The notes below the pieces were generated by a model. It was not told the origin of the DNA. It did not search any database and was given only the letters and a program-made list of their open reading frames with translations. DNA of 63,966 nt, the filler included. It is 6 parts of 6 records of this genome, joined end to end, with 100 filler letters (N's around TTAATTAATTAA, not from the genome) between each part and the next. Parts side by side here need not be neighbours in the genome. Positions count along the whole stretch, not along the records: positions 56,851 to 63,966 come from SRR2962707_1523; 5 more parts are not named here. One strand, 5' to 3'. Numbering within the stretch: the stretch's first letter is position 1; each line of letters begins with the position of its first letter. This document shows, piece after piece, positions 63,201 to 63,966 of this stretch. The position numbers were made by a program, and so were the translations under genes.

Positions 63201-63943
63201 GGTTCTGAAACCAGTCAACGCGTGAAGTTACGGCACCGAATATGTAGCAGAACAACCCGCCGTACAGACCCACACGTTGTGCAATGTCGTCGGCAACGTC
63301 CTCCGTCCCTGGCGGCGCATTGTAACTGTGCAGGCGCGGACGGAAGGAGCATAAGCAGAGCAAGTGGTAAAAGAAGAACACACACGCGATGAGCCACAAC
63401 ATATCGGCATTGTGAAACGCGTTGCAAGGCAGGTCACCAAGCGACCCAAGCAATTCGATTCACTTCATGGACCAACCGTTGCGACTCAAAGACGACAGCA
63501 ATCCCAGCCGCCACGGCGCTTAGCAACGTGCACAGCACCGTCACTCCTGTCATCTTCCTGCTGTTCTTCATGAGGTAGTACGTCAGGAACTTGTCTTCGT
63601 AGCCCTGATCCGGGAACGAGAGCATGACGTCCGACAAGAACCACTGCGGGCTGCAGCACTTGGCGTTGGCCGTGGACCGAACGACCATTTGCGCTGGGTC
63701 AAGCGCCCCCACCACGTCAGCCTTCGTCGCAAAGGCACCTCCAGCGCCACCTCCAACAGCAATCACTGACTCAGGCTGCATACCTGAGCTGCCTGTCGCC
63801 ACTCCAGTAGACACCGCTTTGGGACCACCGCCCCCGTTACTCGACAGAGAGTAGTACGAAGCCGTAGCAGACGCTGACGAAGTCGACGAAGTTGATGCGG
63901 AAGAGTCTTCAACGTCGTCCGAGACTACGAGTGGCGCCTCCAT
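60211..63943 (-). CDS. Multi-TM receptor-like protein kinase (TKL-like), multi-exon
   Basis: Several TM exons, then IAAGSGG|LVY, VAVKE, HPNIVQFLG, IVHRDLKPANVL, AKICDFG, GTPGYIAPE, DVYSFGII, CWS.....RPSF. Confidence 0.85.
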
Positions 63944-63966
63944 GTTGTTGTTGTTGTTGTTGTTGT
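63943..63966. repeat. (TGT)n, i.e. (CAA)n on the kinase sense strand, abutting its ATG
   Basis: Read directly from the sequence. Confidence 0.9.

Overview
This window is not one locus. It is six unrelated contigs joined by 100-nt artificial spacers (44 N + TTAATTAATTAA + 44 N). Contig 1 (1-9026, alphaproteobacterial, lower GC): a prophage/island-type ParB-DNA methylase with a C-terminal frameshift and a DUF5681 gene, then a LacI-regulated module of DHDPS-family enzyme, TAXI-TRAP transporter and oligogalacturonate-lyase-like protein. Contig 2 (9127-28955, Rhizobiales-like): a quinate/shikimate catabolic cluster (SDH, Gfo/Idh/MocA, GntR, TRAP, TTT, QuiC-type dehydratase), a surface-glycan precursor cluster (UbiA/NoeC-like, DprE1-like, GpsA, ManC-AGE fusion, PMM), a ParDE-type TA pair and the 3' end of tRNA-Ala. 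Contig 3 (29056-36741, intron-rich eukaryote, probably a stramenopile protist): a membrane RING E3 ligase and ISWI. Contig 4 (36842-46989, alphaproteobacterial): class III aminotransferase, CopG/esterase/C45 operon, pqiAABC, mannitol and sorbitol dehydrogenases. Contig 5 (47090-56750, alphaproteobacterial): ALDH/Fe-ADH/Ldh2, LacI, GH78 rhamnosidase and a sugar ABC transporter, ending in Illumina adapter. Contig 6 (56851-63966, eukaryote): a spliced bacterial-type TrmA and a multi-TM TKL kinase. The best candidates for uncharacterised systems are the TAXI-TRAP/Ogl-like/DHDPS module, the CopG-esterase-C45 operon and the UbiA-DprE1-GpsA-ManC/AGE glycan cluster. All family assignments rest on motif recognition, not database searches.
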